Positions 1-14,200 of a stretch of DNA of 64,000 nt are shown in pieces (the first letter of the stretch is position 1; each line of letters opens with the position of its first letter). The position numbers and the translations under genes are program-made. The notes under the pieces are model-generated. The model ran no database searches. It worked only from the letters and a program-made list of their open reading frames with translations, and was not told the DNA's origin. Source of the DNA: Hydrolagus affinis (taxonomy: Eukaryota); assembly GCA_012026655.1 (NCBI GenBank), contig JAAILG010001095.1:1-64000 (forward strand), read 5' to 3'.

Positions 1-171
1 TCGCTGAGTGAAAAAAATTTCTCCTCAGCTCCCCTCTACTTCGCCTTGAAACTATTTTAAATCTGTGACCACGAGTCACAGATTCGCCCACGAGTGGAAA
101 TAGTTTTTCTCTATTCACCCTGTCGAAACCCCTCATGATCTTATACACCTCTATTAGGTCTCCCCTCAATC
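1..171 (-). mobile_element. CR1-clade LINE ORF2 C-terminal fragment
   Basis: Minus-strand translation LRGDLIEVYKIMRGFDRVNREKLFPLVGESVTRGHRFKI...RRNFF is typical of the CR1 ORF2 end. Confidence 0.85.
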
Positions 172-762
172 AGGTATTCCTTTCGTCAGAAAACCCACAG
201 GCAGTATTGGTATTAAAATACATACACAATGTTTCCAAAATGTCTGTCATGTAACAATAAAGGTTAGTTGAAGTTTGCCTTCTTTGAAAAATGCTAGCCT
301 TTATACTGCCAGTGTTTCCTGCCAGAAAGTGAATGGGTTAGTAACTTGGTGAAATGCAACAGTTTTCTCTCCATGTTTATCATTCACAGGAAAAGGGCAG
401 CACATTTCTCGCCAAGGTAAACCATCTGTTAATGAAGATAATAAGTGACAAAGAATCAATAAATGGTTCTAAACAGAATAAAGTATCTTTAGTTTGTGTT
501 CCTTGAGTGCAGTGGCAACGCAGCAGCATATTTGTGCACCTCAATAGCAAAAAGGAATCACCAGCAAATATACACATTCTATGCACCATAGAGTATGGTG
601 ATTAGAGTATTGGTGTGATTACCTACATAATCAGGAATGATGGAGAATTCAATTTGAAAATAGGCTGCTCCTTAAATATAAGTTCTATCCCCAAAAATCT
701 CCCTTGTGTAAGTTACAAAAATATTTTTACAAAAATCATTTCCTTTACCCCTATCTAGTTAG

Positions 763-1110
763 ACAACAGCAACAACAACAAAATTACATTCTAGAGCGCC
801 TTTCACGTCAGCAGGACTTCCCAAGGCGCTGAACAGTCAGGTCCAGACCTCGAGCAAGGGAGAGGGGCAGGGTAGCACGGGAGGAAGCGAGGTGAAGGGA
901 CTGTGGGTTGGAGTTCCAGAGTGTAGGGCAGAGAGCCTGAAAGACCGTCCACCGGTGATAGAGCGGGTCGGGCGGGGGACATGGAGCAGACTGGAGCCCA
1001 CTGAAAGAAGGGAGCGGGCAGGTTCATAGGGAAACAGCAAATTGGAGAGATATGAGGGAGCAAAGCCTTGAAAGTGAAGACGAGGATCTTGAATTTGATC
1101 CTCTGGGGTG
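763..1110 (-). mobile_element. L2-clade LINE 3' fragment
   Basis: RIKFKILVFTFKAL / APSYLSNLL.PY.PARSL remnants, plus tail GACGTGAAAGGCGCT...(TTG)n. Confidence 0.85.
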
Positions 1111-1188
1111 TGAAAATAGAGTTTATTCCTTGCAAATGTGATTTGTGAGTCCGTGCTAATCGTATAATAATAATCCTCGCATTTAATA

Positions 1189-1405
1189 TACAACAGCAAC
1201 AACAAAATTATACTTGTATAGATCCTTTCACACCAGGAGGAAGTCCTAAGGCCCTGGAAAGTCATTGTTTTAGACCCGAGCTGGAATCGGGGAAGGGGAG
1301 GGTGAAGTGAAAGGGGGGGATTTGGGATGACCGATGGGACAGTCGAAGAAGAGTGTCTTGTGGCGGTACTTGAATACACAGTGGCCTTCATCAGGTATAT
1401 TGAAT
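1189..1405 (-). mobile_element. L2 LINE 3' tail fragment
   Basis: Similar to 14728-14900, with a (TTG)n tail. Confidence 0.7.
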
Positions 1406-2118
1406 CCAACTATGATAAACAAAAGAAAATTTTCCTTCATCCTCTAATGGCTTGGCAAAATAAATTTTAAGATGCAACATATTTCATTTCCAACAAGATA
1501 TTAGAAGTATAGAAATATGCTCATGTTGAGGCTACAGCTTATTGTACATTTTATCTCTACGTATGTAATAATAGATAAAGCCCCTTGATATTCACACGCA
1601 CATAACACCTGAGCAAACAACATAGAAGAGGCTATTGCTCTTTAGACACTTGAGAAAACATGATTACAGAAACAAAAAAGCATTCTTTTCGTATCTATTG
1701 ATGCCTGTACTATGAACCTCTGAAAAGAAGATTTTTTTTAAAGAATAGCCAATTTTCAGACACTAACTCAATGTATCAATATACCTGTGAAACACAGATG
1801 CAAGTATTTTAAATCAAGAAACTTTATGAAAAACCATTGGGTTATGTTCTGTTCTGAGCTCTCCCTGTTACATATTGGTTGTTGACAAGTTTAGTGAATT
1901 TGTGCATTTACATCTGTTTAGAAGTGTACAGGGACAAATGTGCTAAACTTAGTAAATGGGGCTCAAGAGAATAAATTGTTAGATGTTTCCGTTAAATATC
2001 ACAAAGGGGAACATTAGTAGCAGAATAGTCTGTGTTATTACATTTCTCTTTGTAACTGCACAATACTTTAATTGGAGGAACTTGCTGCAGGTTGGTATAT
2101 GACTGGATCTTGTTATAA

Positions 2119-2585
2119 ACAACAGCAATAATCCTTGCATTTGATGTAGCGCCTTATCATGTTGTTGAAACACTTCGCCGGATTTACTGCATATGTTGTA
2201 GGAATATTCAGCAGCCTATTTCACACAGCATTATCCTATAAACAGCCATCAAGTGAATGATCAATTTTATCTGAAGAATTGTTATACAAAATCTAATTTG
2301 TTGTTGTTGTTGTTGGCCTGGACACTGGGAGAATCTCCCTTCATGTTTCAAGTAGTCCCATTGATCTTAACAATCTTTAGTGTCTGCCTAAAGTGGCAAA
2401 CCAGCTTTCAATTTAATATCTGATTTGAAGAACTGCAGTTCTCCTAATGATGCATTCCCCCAGCATTGTATTGGAATGTTTGCCTACCCTAGACTGTAAG
2501 TTCAAAGTCCTAATGTGGTGCTTGAACCTTTCTGACTCAACCTAGTGACTCAGAGGTGAGAGTGCTGCCAACTAAGTTAGACTGA
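2119..2585 (-). mobile_element. Old, diverged tRNA-derived Deu-type SINE
   Basis: Degenerate head (ggcagcactctcacctctgagtca...ggttcaagcaccac) and tail caaatgcaaggattatt; related to copies at 8725-8992 and 10700-10920. Confidence 0.6.
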
Positions 2586-5500
2586 CATCATCTATGACTA
2601 TGTTGTATTAACAAGGCTGTTTGTATTTTTCAAAATACGGTGTATATATAGGAAAATGGCACAATATTGAATGTCTTGAAAATTAAATTCACAAACTATT
2701 AATGCGATAGCTCCAAGCAGAAGTGTTGAGTTTGGAATAAAGCCTTCAGTGAATCTTAGCTATTTGACTATTTATCTAAAAGAATTAACTCCACTAACAG
2801 AGAAAATTTCTTAATTTTACTCTCTCACTTCAACCTGACAGAACAGGACTAATGAAAACTTACACATAGGAATCTGAGTCACCTTTTCAGAAACTATAGA
2901 CAATAACAAGCTGCTTCATATTCAGGTGTATAACCAACACTTTCCTTTAACAACAACAACAACTCGCCTTTATATAGTGCCTTTCCTCACAAGGCAGCAT
3001 CCCGGACCACTCCAGTGCTACAGCTGAAGATACATTACGGCCTCTGATCAGTGGCAAATCATGAAAGTGCATCATACATTTCTATTTTAGACTTTGAAAA
3101 AGTAGCACATACTGATATTTGAGGATACACACAATGCTGCCATGAGACCACGCTTTCATCTTGAAGGCAAAGTGGGCCCTTCTTTTACAAACAACAGTTA
3201 CACAACAGTCTTCCATTATGAAAACAACTGGTGACTCTCTCCACTTAGGGAACCTCCACTAAAAGACGGAATTCATCACTTAGCTTGGTTTTCATTGCAA
3301 ACTTTATTAGGATGAAACTTGAGTTCGCTGCCTCGGCCCAAAGTTTTTCGATTCAGGAAAGTGACATTGTTTTGACGATGTTTTATTCAGCCAGCAGTTA
3401 TCATTGTCACTTCCATTTTGTTGTATCAAAATTATTTTGCCAATTTCTATTTGGTTTTGATGTACTTTTACATCACAAGCACTGTGCTTTCTAAACGGAC
3501 ACAAGTAGCATGGATATGGAAGTGATGTCCTTTAGAAAGCGCATTTTAACAATTTGCATCCTTTGGAAAAATCTTGTTTGGGACCCTGCTCAAAATGTTA
3601 TTCCTAAATACTGTTGAAGATATTGGGAACATTGAATTAATGACCTGATACAGTTTACAATTCTACTGAAAAGCTCCAAGTACCTCATTCTGCATGAATC
3701 AAGTACACTACTGGCTTTCCCAACCCATCCACAGCAGCATCCAAATCTGAATTGTACTGAATTTTGCTGCCAATATCATGTGCTGCTAATTTAGTACTTG
3801 AGACTGCTGATAATGTCAGCATGGCACTCCACAGATATTCAGTTCAGTGTCCTTTTTTGTGAAATAGACTGTGACTTGATAAGACCAGTCACTCAATGCG
3901 AAAATAAAGATAGTGGACAAATATGGCTTTAAAATGTGGCAGCAGACAGATAAACAGAAAGTAGATAAACTTGCCAATTGTTGTAGGCAAAGTACAAAAC
4001 AAATGTTTCCAAGAAATATACAAGTGAAAGTTGAACAACTTCCAGTCCAGCTGAACATTGTTTTCCACAAATGTTGAAATGTTTTGACAAAATATTGGAA
4101 TTGGAGAATATTTACATTGTAATGCTCTTTTCCAACTAAACCGAAAACTTTGATTATTTAATTTGTTGGTGCACAAGTCACAGTTTGCATTTTTCATTTT
4201 GGTCATGCTTCTCATCTTTATAGTCAGGCACAAATCAAATATAGACAAGATATAGAAAACATTCTTTTTACTGCTTTTGATTGATAATATTTTATAATTC
4301 TTTGAGTGAAAATATTTCATTAAAATGATTGGATATGTAATATGATCAGCATTTTCATGAAAATGAAACTAATATTTTATAAGATTAGGTCTTCATCTAA
4401 CATAATTTTTCAATCTACTTTTGACAGAAACAAAATAAAACAACATTGCCGTTTTAATTTTTAATCTTCCAGAAAGTTGAAGGACACCAGGTGCAGCATT
4501 TAGTGTGTGGTCTGAAAGAATTACTGCCATATAAACTACCGAAGAGGTATAAAAGTGCATGGAGTAATTACACAGTGTAGACCTCTTTACTGTGGGTGGA
4601 GGTTGCTCATAATAGCTCCATTATACACAGCAAGGTGAAATAATGACTGCAGTAATCTTCTATTCCAGATACAACATTATTATAGCAGTGATATCATGAC
4701 AATCTCTACACCTAATAACTAACAGTGAGTTCTGAAACTGTTTGTTCATTGTGATCTTAATCTTTTGTCAGATGCTAATATTGCTGAGGTATAGAGTGGG
4801 GAGTAGCCATGTACACAATGAAGAATAAGGAAGGAAGCAGAACAAAAACTCTTTGTGCTTACAGTGCACTTAAAAAGGTTTCACAGTGAATGAACATTTA
4901 GTGGATATGGTGGTCTATTTTACAAGTGCTGGTAATTTTAATGTCGACTCGAATGTCAGATGGAAAACAGCACTCAGCATTTGTTTTGATGGGTTTAACT
5001 CTTCCAATACTACAGGAGGGTTTATGATTTACTAATCTTGGTTTTGCCAGGAAGCCAGTGAGTGTATGTTTTTGGCAGCTTAATGATGCATTAAAATTAT
5101 ACATAGGAAGGTCAGCCTGCTTACATGATGTGGCTGTGCCAATCATCAGTATAAGGACTTTCAATTGGCTGTGAAATAGCATTTAAAATCAGTGTGCAGA
5201 CAGCAAAAAGTTGTTTGGAAAATAAGTCTCAGTTCCAAAATGGAGGACGAGAGCCAGGAGAAGGAACAAGACAGGTGGAAGGTTGCAGTGTCATTTTAAA
5301 AGCACATGAAATGTAGATCAAGTAGTAAGAAAGAAACTTTTTGCTTAAAAAAGGCAGAAAATAAAAGAAGTAGGTATAGTTTTAAACTACTTAGCATTCT
5401 ATTAATATTGAATTCCTTTTATCAATTAATTAATTAATTAATGATTCATTAAAATTGTGCTTTGTATTTATGTGTATTTTAATATTCAAGGATATTGTTA

Positions 5501-6597
5501 CCTCACTCTGTTTAATTGAACCACATCCCAATAGAGGCCAAAAGTGGTGTTAAAAAAATGTTTTTTAATCTGCTAGGAAGAAACCCACATTACTCCAAGC
5601 TGCTGCTGATGACAGTCCAGACATGCTGGCTTGTCAACAGGACTTGGCGGGATGGACTTGTCACTGGGAGCAGGGAAGTTTCCCACTCAGATCCTGTTAA
5701 CCCTGTAAGCAAAAGCTTTAACTGGTAGGATGGGCTAAGATGAACAAGCAGCAAGAAACTTGCACCGAGCCAACCAGTGCCTGATGCTTTCTGAATTGAG
5801 GAAAGCAGAGTGTCATTTTCACTGTGGTGCAAATATACACTCCAGTCCAGGCTCACGGAAATTTGCATGTATGGGTGACCTTCATATGAAATTTCAGGCT
5901 GGTCAGATTTCCGCATATGTCAAAAACATGCTTACAAAAAGACCAGCGGAAAGAAATAACAAAAAAAGTCATGAAGTATATTTTCCCTGGATCACTGCAA
6001 TGTGAGAATAAGCAATTGTTGGCTGAATAGATACAATCCTAATCAAAGACTAAGATACAAGCAACAACCTGCTCTGTACAAATGTACTGTAATTAATCAA
6101 GCTTCTTTGTTATATGAGTACAGTAGTTCTATTAAAGTGCATAGAGGGAAAATGATTCACTGAATCAAACCACAGTAACCTACAACCATCATTAGAGTCA
6201 TCCAATCAAGATCTATGTTCAGAATTGCTGTATTATTTTTCCTTGCCAATTTCTTTCTCCTCGAGACATTTGACTTTTCTTTTTACCTCCTTAGGTAAAT
6301 TTCTACAATGATCATTAATCTCTGGTTACCCCACCCATTTTGAGAATGCGCCACAAAAAATATGCTACAGTGAGTGAATACAACAGAAGAAAGGCTGTTT
6401 GATAGGTTTCTCTAATGCAGGATATAGGAACTGCCCAGAAAGCATGGATTTTATATCCCGAGAAGATCCATTCATAATCATTTGAAAGGAATAACAATTT
6501 GGAGAGTAGCTTGAGCAAGTACTTAAAAATATTACCTGCAGAGGGCTGATAATAATCGTTTTATTTGATATAGAGGTCTCAAAGTGCTTCTCAGAAT

Positions 6598-6697
6598 NNN
6601 NNNNNNNNNNNNNNNNNNNNNNNNNNNNNNNNNNNNNNNNNNNNNNNNNNNNNNNNNNNNNNNNNNNNNNNNNNNNNNNNNNNNNNNNNNNNNNNNN
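6598..6697. other. Assembly gap (100 N)
   Basis: N run. Confidence 1.
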
Positions 6698-6915
6698 TAG
6701 AGCGCCTTTCACGTCGGGAGGACGTCCCAAGGCGCTGCACAGGAGGCGTGTGACCCGAGCTGGGAGGGGAGTGTTTGGGCGGGGGTGAAACACGAAGGGG
6801 AGGTCGAAGAATTCGGGGTGGAACAAAAGGCACGGTCGAAGAGGAAAGTCTTCAAACCGGCCTTGAAAAAGGAAAGGGAAGAAACGAGACGGAGGGATTA
6901 GGGGATAGAATTCCA
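6698..6915 (-). mobile_element. L2 LINE 3' fragment next to an assembly gap
   Basis: Tail agcgccttgggacgtcctcccgacgtgaaaggcgctcta, as in the other L2 copies. Confidence 0.75.
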
Positions 6916-8724
6916 TAGAATTTATATACTGTAAAGTGAATTGACTGTATATTTTGTGGGCAAATTGATGGGCAACCGACTAACCATCTCTCTACATCGG
7001 TTGACCAGCTTGGCCTGACTAAAGGCTCATTGTTGTGCTCCTTCTACAAATGCCCAAATCCACTATGTCAAAGGAAATCAAGTTTATTTTAGAAACATGT
7101 GAGTCATTCAATCCTGATCATTTTGTGATTAAAAGAATCACTAAAAGCAAAGCATGGAGAAGAACACATCATACCATGTATAATTTCTTCAAAGTATGTT
7201 TCATAAATCAACAGGTTGAAATGCTTTGCAGACCATCAGCTTTTTTTTCCACCTACTGTATATAGATGAAAGCGTTTTTGCAAAACGAAAACAGCAAAGG
7301 GAAGCTTCAAATTGTTTTACAATATGATTCTTTCCTTCCAGTAAGAATGCTGGTTCTGTTCCAAAGGACCAACTATAATATTTCCACACATGCCATATAA
7401 AGAATCTCCGTCCTCATAGTTTGGGTTCTAACAGAGGGAGTTCCCTAACATTTCCATCTTTGTTTTTTCAGTCTTCAGTATTGCAGAGAGGAAACAAAAC
7501 AAATTAGAATGGCATTGTTCAGATCCTGAACCTCTTCTGATAACAATATTTGTGGAAACATACACATAAGAATAGCTTCCTGAGTGAAAAAAAGATTAAA
7601 TGCATTTTGAAAGTTTTTTTTGCTAAGCACTTATGGTGCACATTCTGTCAAATTCAGCAGATGTAGTTAAGGTTAACAACCTGGTTAATCAGTTTAGCTC
7701 AGAATTTTCTGTATCCTGTTTTTTCTTCCAGATTAAGCTGCATTTAAAGCTTTAAATCAAAACAGGAAAAAATAAAATGATTTGTATGCATTATTATTTT
7801 GTAACCAACATACTGTACTCAGTTTAGAATTATCTGAAAGCAGGATATTGTTACTCACAGCAAACACTGTATGTTATAATCAAATAATTATTTGATATAT
7901 AGTCCCTTTTTTGTTTATTCCACAAATGTGTTGTTGTATATAACACACCATCTTTAAACTGATTCTGTTTCTTGCGCAACCCAAATACTGTAGTGTGAAA
8001 AATTGCAGATGTTAGAATTCATCTAAACATACTAAACAAATACTAAATATCTACAGTGGGTCAATCAACATTAAACAGAACTGAACATCCCTTGCCTACA
8101 TGTTGATCTGCCTTTCTCATTGTAATCTTGACTCACCTTCTATGAATTTTCAGAATTTTCTGGTTTTATAACCAAATCAGGTATTGTTACCACTTTTGAA
8201 AAAAACCTGAACAATATCTCAAAAATAGAATGGAATGTGGATGTTTGTGACCACGTGTTTTGAATAAATGACGTTTAGAAAAGGGCAGGGAAAGAATAAA
8301 TACCTTAAAATTTGGACAGGAAATACCATAGAAAGTTCAGATTTCAGGATATCAACACAGGAATTGAGTTTATTTCCACTTAACCTGAGAAAAAATAAAT
8401 ACTTCTAACAGTTTCAAACCAATCAATGACTTAATTCAATAAATGAATAGCAATATGTAAACCAGTGCAGTGAAACATTCTCTGTTTAAAATTCAAGAAT
8501 ACAATTTCTGGGGTTAATGGATAAATTTGTAACTTTTCTCTCATTATTTTCTCCGCTCTTTTTATTTCACTGAAGTAAAGTTTCAGTCTTCAAGCACCCT
8601 CCTCTACTTTACTCAAGTATCAAATTGCACATGTGGGCATTAAAAGAGAATGTTGGCAGATTATTTAACTAATGCGCATTGTTAGCTGACCTTGGTTTGG
8701 AATATATAAGCAATAAAACCATAA

Positions 8725-8992
8725 TATAATAATAATCCTTGCATTTGGTATAGCACATTATTACATGAGATCGATGTCTGAAAGCGCTTCACAGGATTCA
8801 CTGTGAAATGGAGTGACTGTGTATTTGCTGGCACACATGCAAGCACAATTCTGAAGGACATCATCTCTGGCAAAACAACATTCCCCAGCACTACATTACT
8901 GTGTCAGCTTCCACTATGTAAGTTCAAGTCCTAATGTGGGACTCAAAACCACAACCGTCTGACAGAGGCAAGAGTGCTGCCACTGAGCCAAA
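8725..8992 (-). mobile_element. Old Deu-type SINE, internally deleted
   Basis: Head tggctcagtggcagcactcttgcctctg; tail caaatgcaaggattattatt. Confidence 0.65.
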
Positions 8993-10104
8993 TTTAAAAA
9001 ATAGGTGATTCTGTATAAACTTTTAACAATGAATCCTAAAATTATGGGTTAAAAAAATGAACATAACCTCAACTCTCCAGGACATCTTCAAATGATCATT
9101 TTGATTTGTGGATCTATAGAATTTTCCCATAGAAAGTACTGTAACCAAACCTGTCTTTATGTAACATTCACACATGCACACACTCTAGTAGGCATTGCAA
9201 CTGAACTGGAAGGTAAGACTGATTCTTCCCTCTTAGAAGTTCTGAGACCAATTCTAGTTCCATACTGGTACCTCAGTGTTAGACCAGTTGATTCAGTGTT
9301 GACCAGGAGTTGTACCTATTGCCTTCAAACTGGACTTTGTTCAACACTGCATTTATATAGTTCCTGCTCCCTCCATCCCTGAATTTGGGTATTATTTGTC
9401 TGTACAGATTAGTCTCACACTGCGGCTGCATTGATCAAGTAATCTCAAGTCTGTTTTCAGAAATAATCTGAATTTAAAAATCAATGAATAAAGTAAAGGT
9501 AAGTGAGCAAGGAAAAAAATCTGAAAGAATTAACACAATGTGGTAATGAAAGGATTATCTTGTGTCATAATTTCTGTCAATATGACAGACACTTGGGAAT
9601 TTCAGCTTCGGTTGCCTGAGGTGAAATATAGTATATTTTGCTAAATAACATACATTTTTACAAAGAGAATTAAAATTTGCTCTATCACATGAAAATGTAA
9701 GTGGTTAATGATTTTCTTGGGGTAAGCATTATAGTCAAGCCTTTATAGAGATCAATAGTATTGACCTTTCAATTCTGTTGCCATTAATCATAACTGGTTT
9801 GTTTGCAATCCTTTGGAGTCACACAATTGATCCACTTGGAACAAGTTCAATAGGAATCTGACTTCAGTGCTAGTGTATTTTGCTGAAGGCCAGATAAGTA
9901 TGTCTGTGCAGAATTGTGGTAATTATTAAAAAAAAAGTCTGAAGAGCTCAGAGTTGATGTGAGCTCAGTGTAGCTTGATAAGACTTTGGTCACTGTTAGT
10001 GGCTGTGATAAACAGAGAGAAATTGATCCAGTAATACCAGCCTCAAATCTCATCTACTGACCTGTGACTTTCACTACCACTCATACTACAGTTAACATTT
10101 AACG

Positions 10105-10179
10105 TCTGTGCTGGAGAATAAAATATTTTCCTGTTCACAGTACTGCACAACAGGAAAGTGTTCCATTCTCCAGCACAGA
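10105..10179. repeat. 75-bp imperfect palindrome / hairpin
   Basis: tctgtgctggagaat-aaaatatt-ttcctgtt ... aacaggaa-agtgttcc-attctccagcacaga; 31-bp arms with 4 mismatches; centre cagtactg. Confidence 0.9.
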
Positions 10180-10699
10180 TATAACCATAACCTTTATAGG
10201 ATAGAAAACTTTTGTTTTATTTGAAGCAATTGTATTATGTTGAAATAGATTTTGTTGTTCTCAGGACACGTGGAAACTGCTATGACAAAACTACTGTAAT
10301 AACTTTGTACATTGCTGATGCTCCAAAACTCCAAAAATGCTTGGAAGGAGCTACAAACATAGATGTTAGGACAGTACTGCTCTAACTTTGAAATCACTGG
10401 GACGACAGAACAAAGTAATGGACTGTTATACCATCTTCAATTATGTGCAGAATGTTGGACAAAACATATTTGAAGCACCATATTTCAGACAGGGCCAGGA
10501 AGGCTGCTTCTACTGTTGTATCCACAATTATAACGGTTTGCTCAGTGATATTCATTCATGCGTTCGATATGATGTTTATAACATCAAAACATCTCAAATC
10601 AGATTTCACATATAACTCACATGCTGTCAAATGTAGTACACACAGCAAGATTCCGCAAATGATCATGAATAATTTACCTGAAGGATTATTCAACATCAG

Positions 10700-10920
10700 T
10701 AAGCCTTTTTCATATAGTGTCATGGGATCTTTAACAACCATCCAAACATGTAGACTAGTCCTTAGTTTAATTTCCCACAAGGGCAGCACTCCCAATAATG
10801 TGGAGCTTGCCCACAACTGCACTGACATTTCTTTGAGCTGTGATGCTCAATGTGTTGAAAGGCTTAATCCCACAACCTTCTGTGGCAGAAGCAAGTGTCC
10901 TACCAACAGTTCAAGTTGAC
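10700..10920 (-). mobile_element. Old Deu-type SINE 5' half
   Basis: Degenerate homology to 2330-2585 (catgggatcttta..., cacaaccttctg). Confidence 0.55.
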
Positions 10921-10923
10921 AGT

Positions 10924-11252
10924 AATAATAATAATAATTATAATTCTTCCATTTGTTATAGTGCTTTTCACGTCTACTAGACGTCTCAAAGCACTTCACA
11001 GAATATACTGTAAAGTGAATTGACTGTATGTTTGTGGACGAAACGCGGCAGCCAATTGTGCACAGCAGTGTCCCAAACAATGTCCCACAAACAGTCATGG
11101 ACTAAGTGACCAAATGGTTATTTTTTTCTTCAAGGGATTATTATCAGGCATGTGGAGTAAGGAAACTTGCCCAGGGATTCGCCCTGCCTGGAATCAAATC
11201 CAGATCTCTGGCTTGTAAGGCGAGTCCTCTAACCACTGAGTGAGAGGACTCC
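10924..11252 (-). mobile_element. Young tRNA-derived SINE, full length
   Basis: Head ggagtcct..ctcagtggttagag; core tgtttgtgggaca.tgctgtg.caattggctgc; L2-like tail ending (ATT)n. Confidence 0.9.
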
Positions 11253-14200
11253 ACAGTAGCCACCTTTGTGCTTTAAACATGGTTGAATTGTTTTGTGCTA
11301 ATACCAGCCTTCAATTTTTTTGTTGCTAGTTAATCCACTAATTAGAATTAAATAAATGGTCAGAATTATACACAGAATAAAGTTGCAGTGTTATCACCTG
11401 TGTATAGGTTATTCATATGGAAAATGACATATAAAACAAAACCTTTGCACTGTACACAGTTAGGAAACGATAAAGTGCAAATTCTGTCAGGCAAAAATAC
11501 AGAAGCTGCATTGTGCTGTTACAAATTATGTACCACAGCAAAATTCCTGGTCACATTCTTTGTTACCCAACCTATTGCTAACAAGATTTTGTAGGTGATT
11601 GGAGAAATGATAGCTCTTAACCTCCACTCTTTCTCTATCGCAAAGGATGCAAGGTTCCAGAAATGGATTAATCATTTGCAACTGTGATCTCCCATAACTT
11701 TTAAGTTTTGTTTTTGGCATTCATGGAATTCCCCTCAATTCAAAAGTACAATATTTCTTCTCAGTACTGATTTTAGTGTGTCCAGCAATTCATACTTTTG
11801 CAAGTCACGTGTAATACTATTCAACATGTCAGTCCAAAATCTGCTCCTCATTTTCAATATTGTTGGTATGAATGTTACTGGGGACCAGGTTCTGTTTCCA
11901 GTATTGGTACTGTATCTTTAAACTGGATTAATTCTAATAGTGAGCACTCTAGAGACAGGTTGTGGCAATTGTCAATCTCCAGCAGTAAAATGATACTTGC
12001 ACAACCTGGAGTACTTATTTAACATGCCATGCAAAATGTGAACCAGATAATTACTAAATAGATCACTGTATATTATTAATTCCATAATGTGTATTTAAGT
12101 GAAGAGATGCCACCCTAAATCCCACAGATAGCATGTGACTATTAATAGTAATGAATTAAAAAGGTCAAACAATTAAAACATTTGTTCGTAAAGGGAAGAA
12201 AACATGTTCCACTTTATATTCAAATTTAAACATTTAGATGTCATTTGATATATTTTGCATACCATGCTGGAATGCAGGATATCTTTAATTACTCTAATGT
12301 TGTCAGCATTAAATGCCTGTAGATGGAGGAAAATTATTGAGTAACATTCCCGTTGTATTAATTAGTAATCTTTAAAATAACCTGAGGAGTATTTGTAAAT
12401 ATGAGATCATTAGCTGGAAAGTAAGAAAGTCCAATTGATTTTCAATGAAATTGCCACCTGGAAATACAGTGGAAAATTTTGGGTTCTGTGTAAACAAAAT
12501 ACTGTCTCCTAATGATATGCCTTACTTTTCAAAGGCACCACAAATGGAAAAACATGAAGGAAGCGGGAGGGAAACAGTTGCAACTCCCAGAAATTCCGGA
12601 CTTTCCGAACATCGTCTTCATTATTAGAACCACAGTTTTTTTTTAAATGTAAATGGTACATGTTAAAATGCTCAATTTGCATTAAAAAGTTTCAATTCCT
12701 GACTAATTTTACATTTACCAAAAGATTTGAGCTAAATATCAATTTGTGAAATCTACCTCTTGAATGGATTTTGTTTGAAAGTACTTTTCTCCTATGTTTT
12801 TCTATTAAAATACCAACTTGAATGAACAAAGTATCTACCAAAGTATCTTATGCTATTAGTTAAATATATTTGTAATATTTTATCTCACATTAGTACAGTA
12901 CTTGAAAACACTTTAGCCTGCCAAATATCTTAAATCAGGATAAGCTAATAATTACTGAACAAACAACCAAAAACTGAAATAGCAGGCAACAGTTTTGGAG
13001 TGATCCATTTGAATAGTTATAATGACCATTGTTAATGTGTTATCATAATTGAACAACCGAGGAATGCAACTGCATTGGCTGTTGACCCTGAGTAACCTGG
13101 CATCATTATGTAGCTCCAGTTTGATAAATTAGTGAAAATGATTGTTTGCCTTGATACTGTATATTTTACTGTTTTCAATGTCCTGTCAACGACTCTAATG
13201 TCATATGTGACAAACAGAGAAATCACAGGCACAGTAGAGTCAGTCTCCTTAAACCTCTTACATATCATAATGTAGGGGTGTAAATGGACTATTATCAGGA
13301 CACTATCTATTGAGTGACAACATCATGTCAAATGAGGCAGTGAACAATTATTTGGAAAAAGATGGCAAATGTTGGCTAAATTGGTAGCATGAGACGACAG
13401 GGAGTCAAATATTTAATTTTGCATTAAATCTACATCCAGGATTAGAGAGAGAATTTCCTGTCATTTGTTGGAGTAAAGTCTGGATCTGTTTTTTTATGCT
13501 TCAGTGCTCAGCTTTAGCTTATGCCCAGAATTCGAAGTTGCTCTCTGACATCACAAATGTATGAGCAAACACTTGAAAATTAAATTGGCCAAATCCCATA
13601 TTGTGTACTTTTCTGTTTTTCTGCATTTGTGAAGGATGACCGCTTTTATTGCTAAGGTTACAGCAAAAGGCGGAGAGATTACAGGTGTACATGTTCTGTT
13701 CTCCTGATTTTACTCTGATTTTCCCAATCACTTTGTTAATTTCTAATTTGTTAGTGAGCTTCTGAAGTTATGTTCGACAAAAAAAAACTATAATTAAAGA
13801 ATACCTGCTTTAGTGAAAATCAGCACCTATCACTTTTTGAGCCCCCAGGATAAAATTCAATCTAAGGCTTGGCAGTTAACATTATCCCTTACTGATTGCT
13901 GTTAGGATAATGAGTAGAAGAAATTTCTGGCAGTCTCAGTCTGGTCATAGTGGATGTGAGTCAACAGGATGAAACTCATGCCAACTCTGCCAGAACTACG
14001 TGAAAATATTTTTGTTGAAGGTATTATAAATCATGGTCTTTGACAACTGATTAAAATGAAGCATGAATAGCTTGAGACGACTTCTTATCCAGCAACAAGC
14101 TACACTGGCAATTAAACATTTGATCACTAAGCTATTCATCTCCTATGGCCCTTCCATTAAAAGCTGAACTGTAATTTTAAACAGCTGATTAGTGGCAAGA

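Noticed and set aside
837-1409. 190-aa ORF and similar ORFs at 14789-15288, 18574-19071 and 6365-6916
   Set aside because: Chance frames through decayed L2 LINE fragments or gaps; not host genes
10443-10919. 158-aa plus-strand ORF
   Set aside because: About half lies in an old SINE relic; no recognisable domain or splice context
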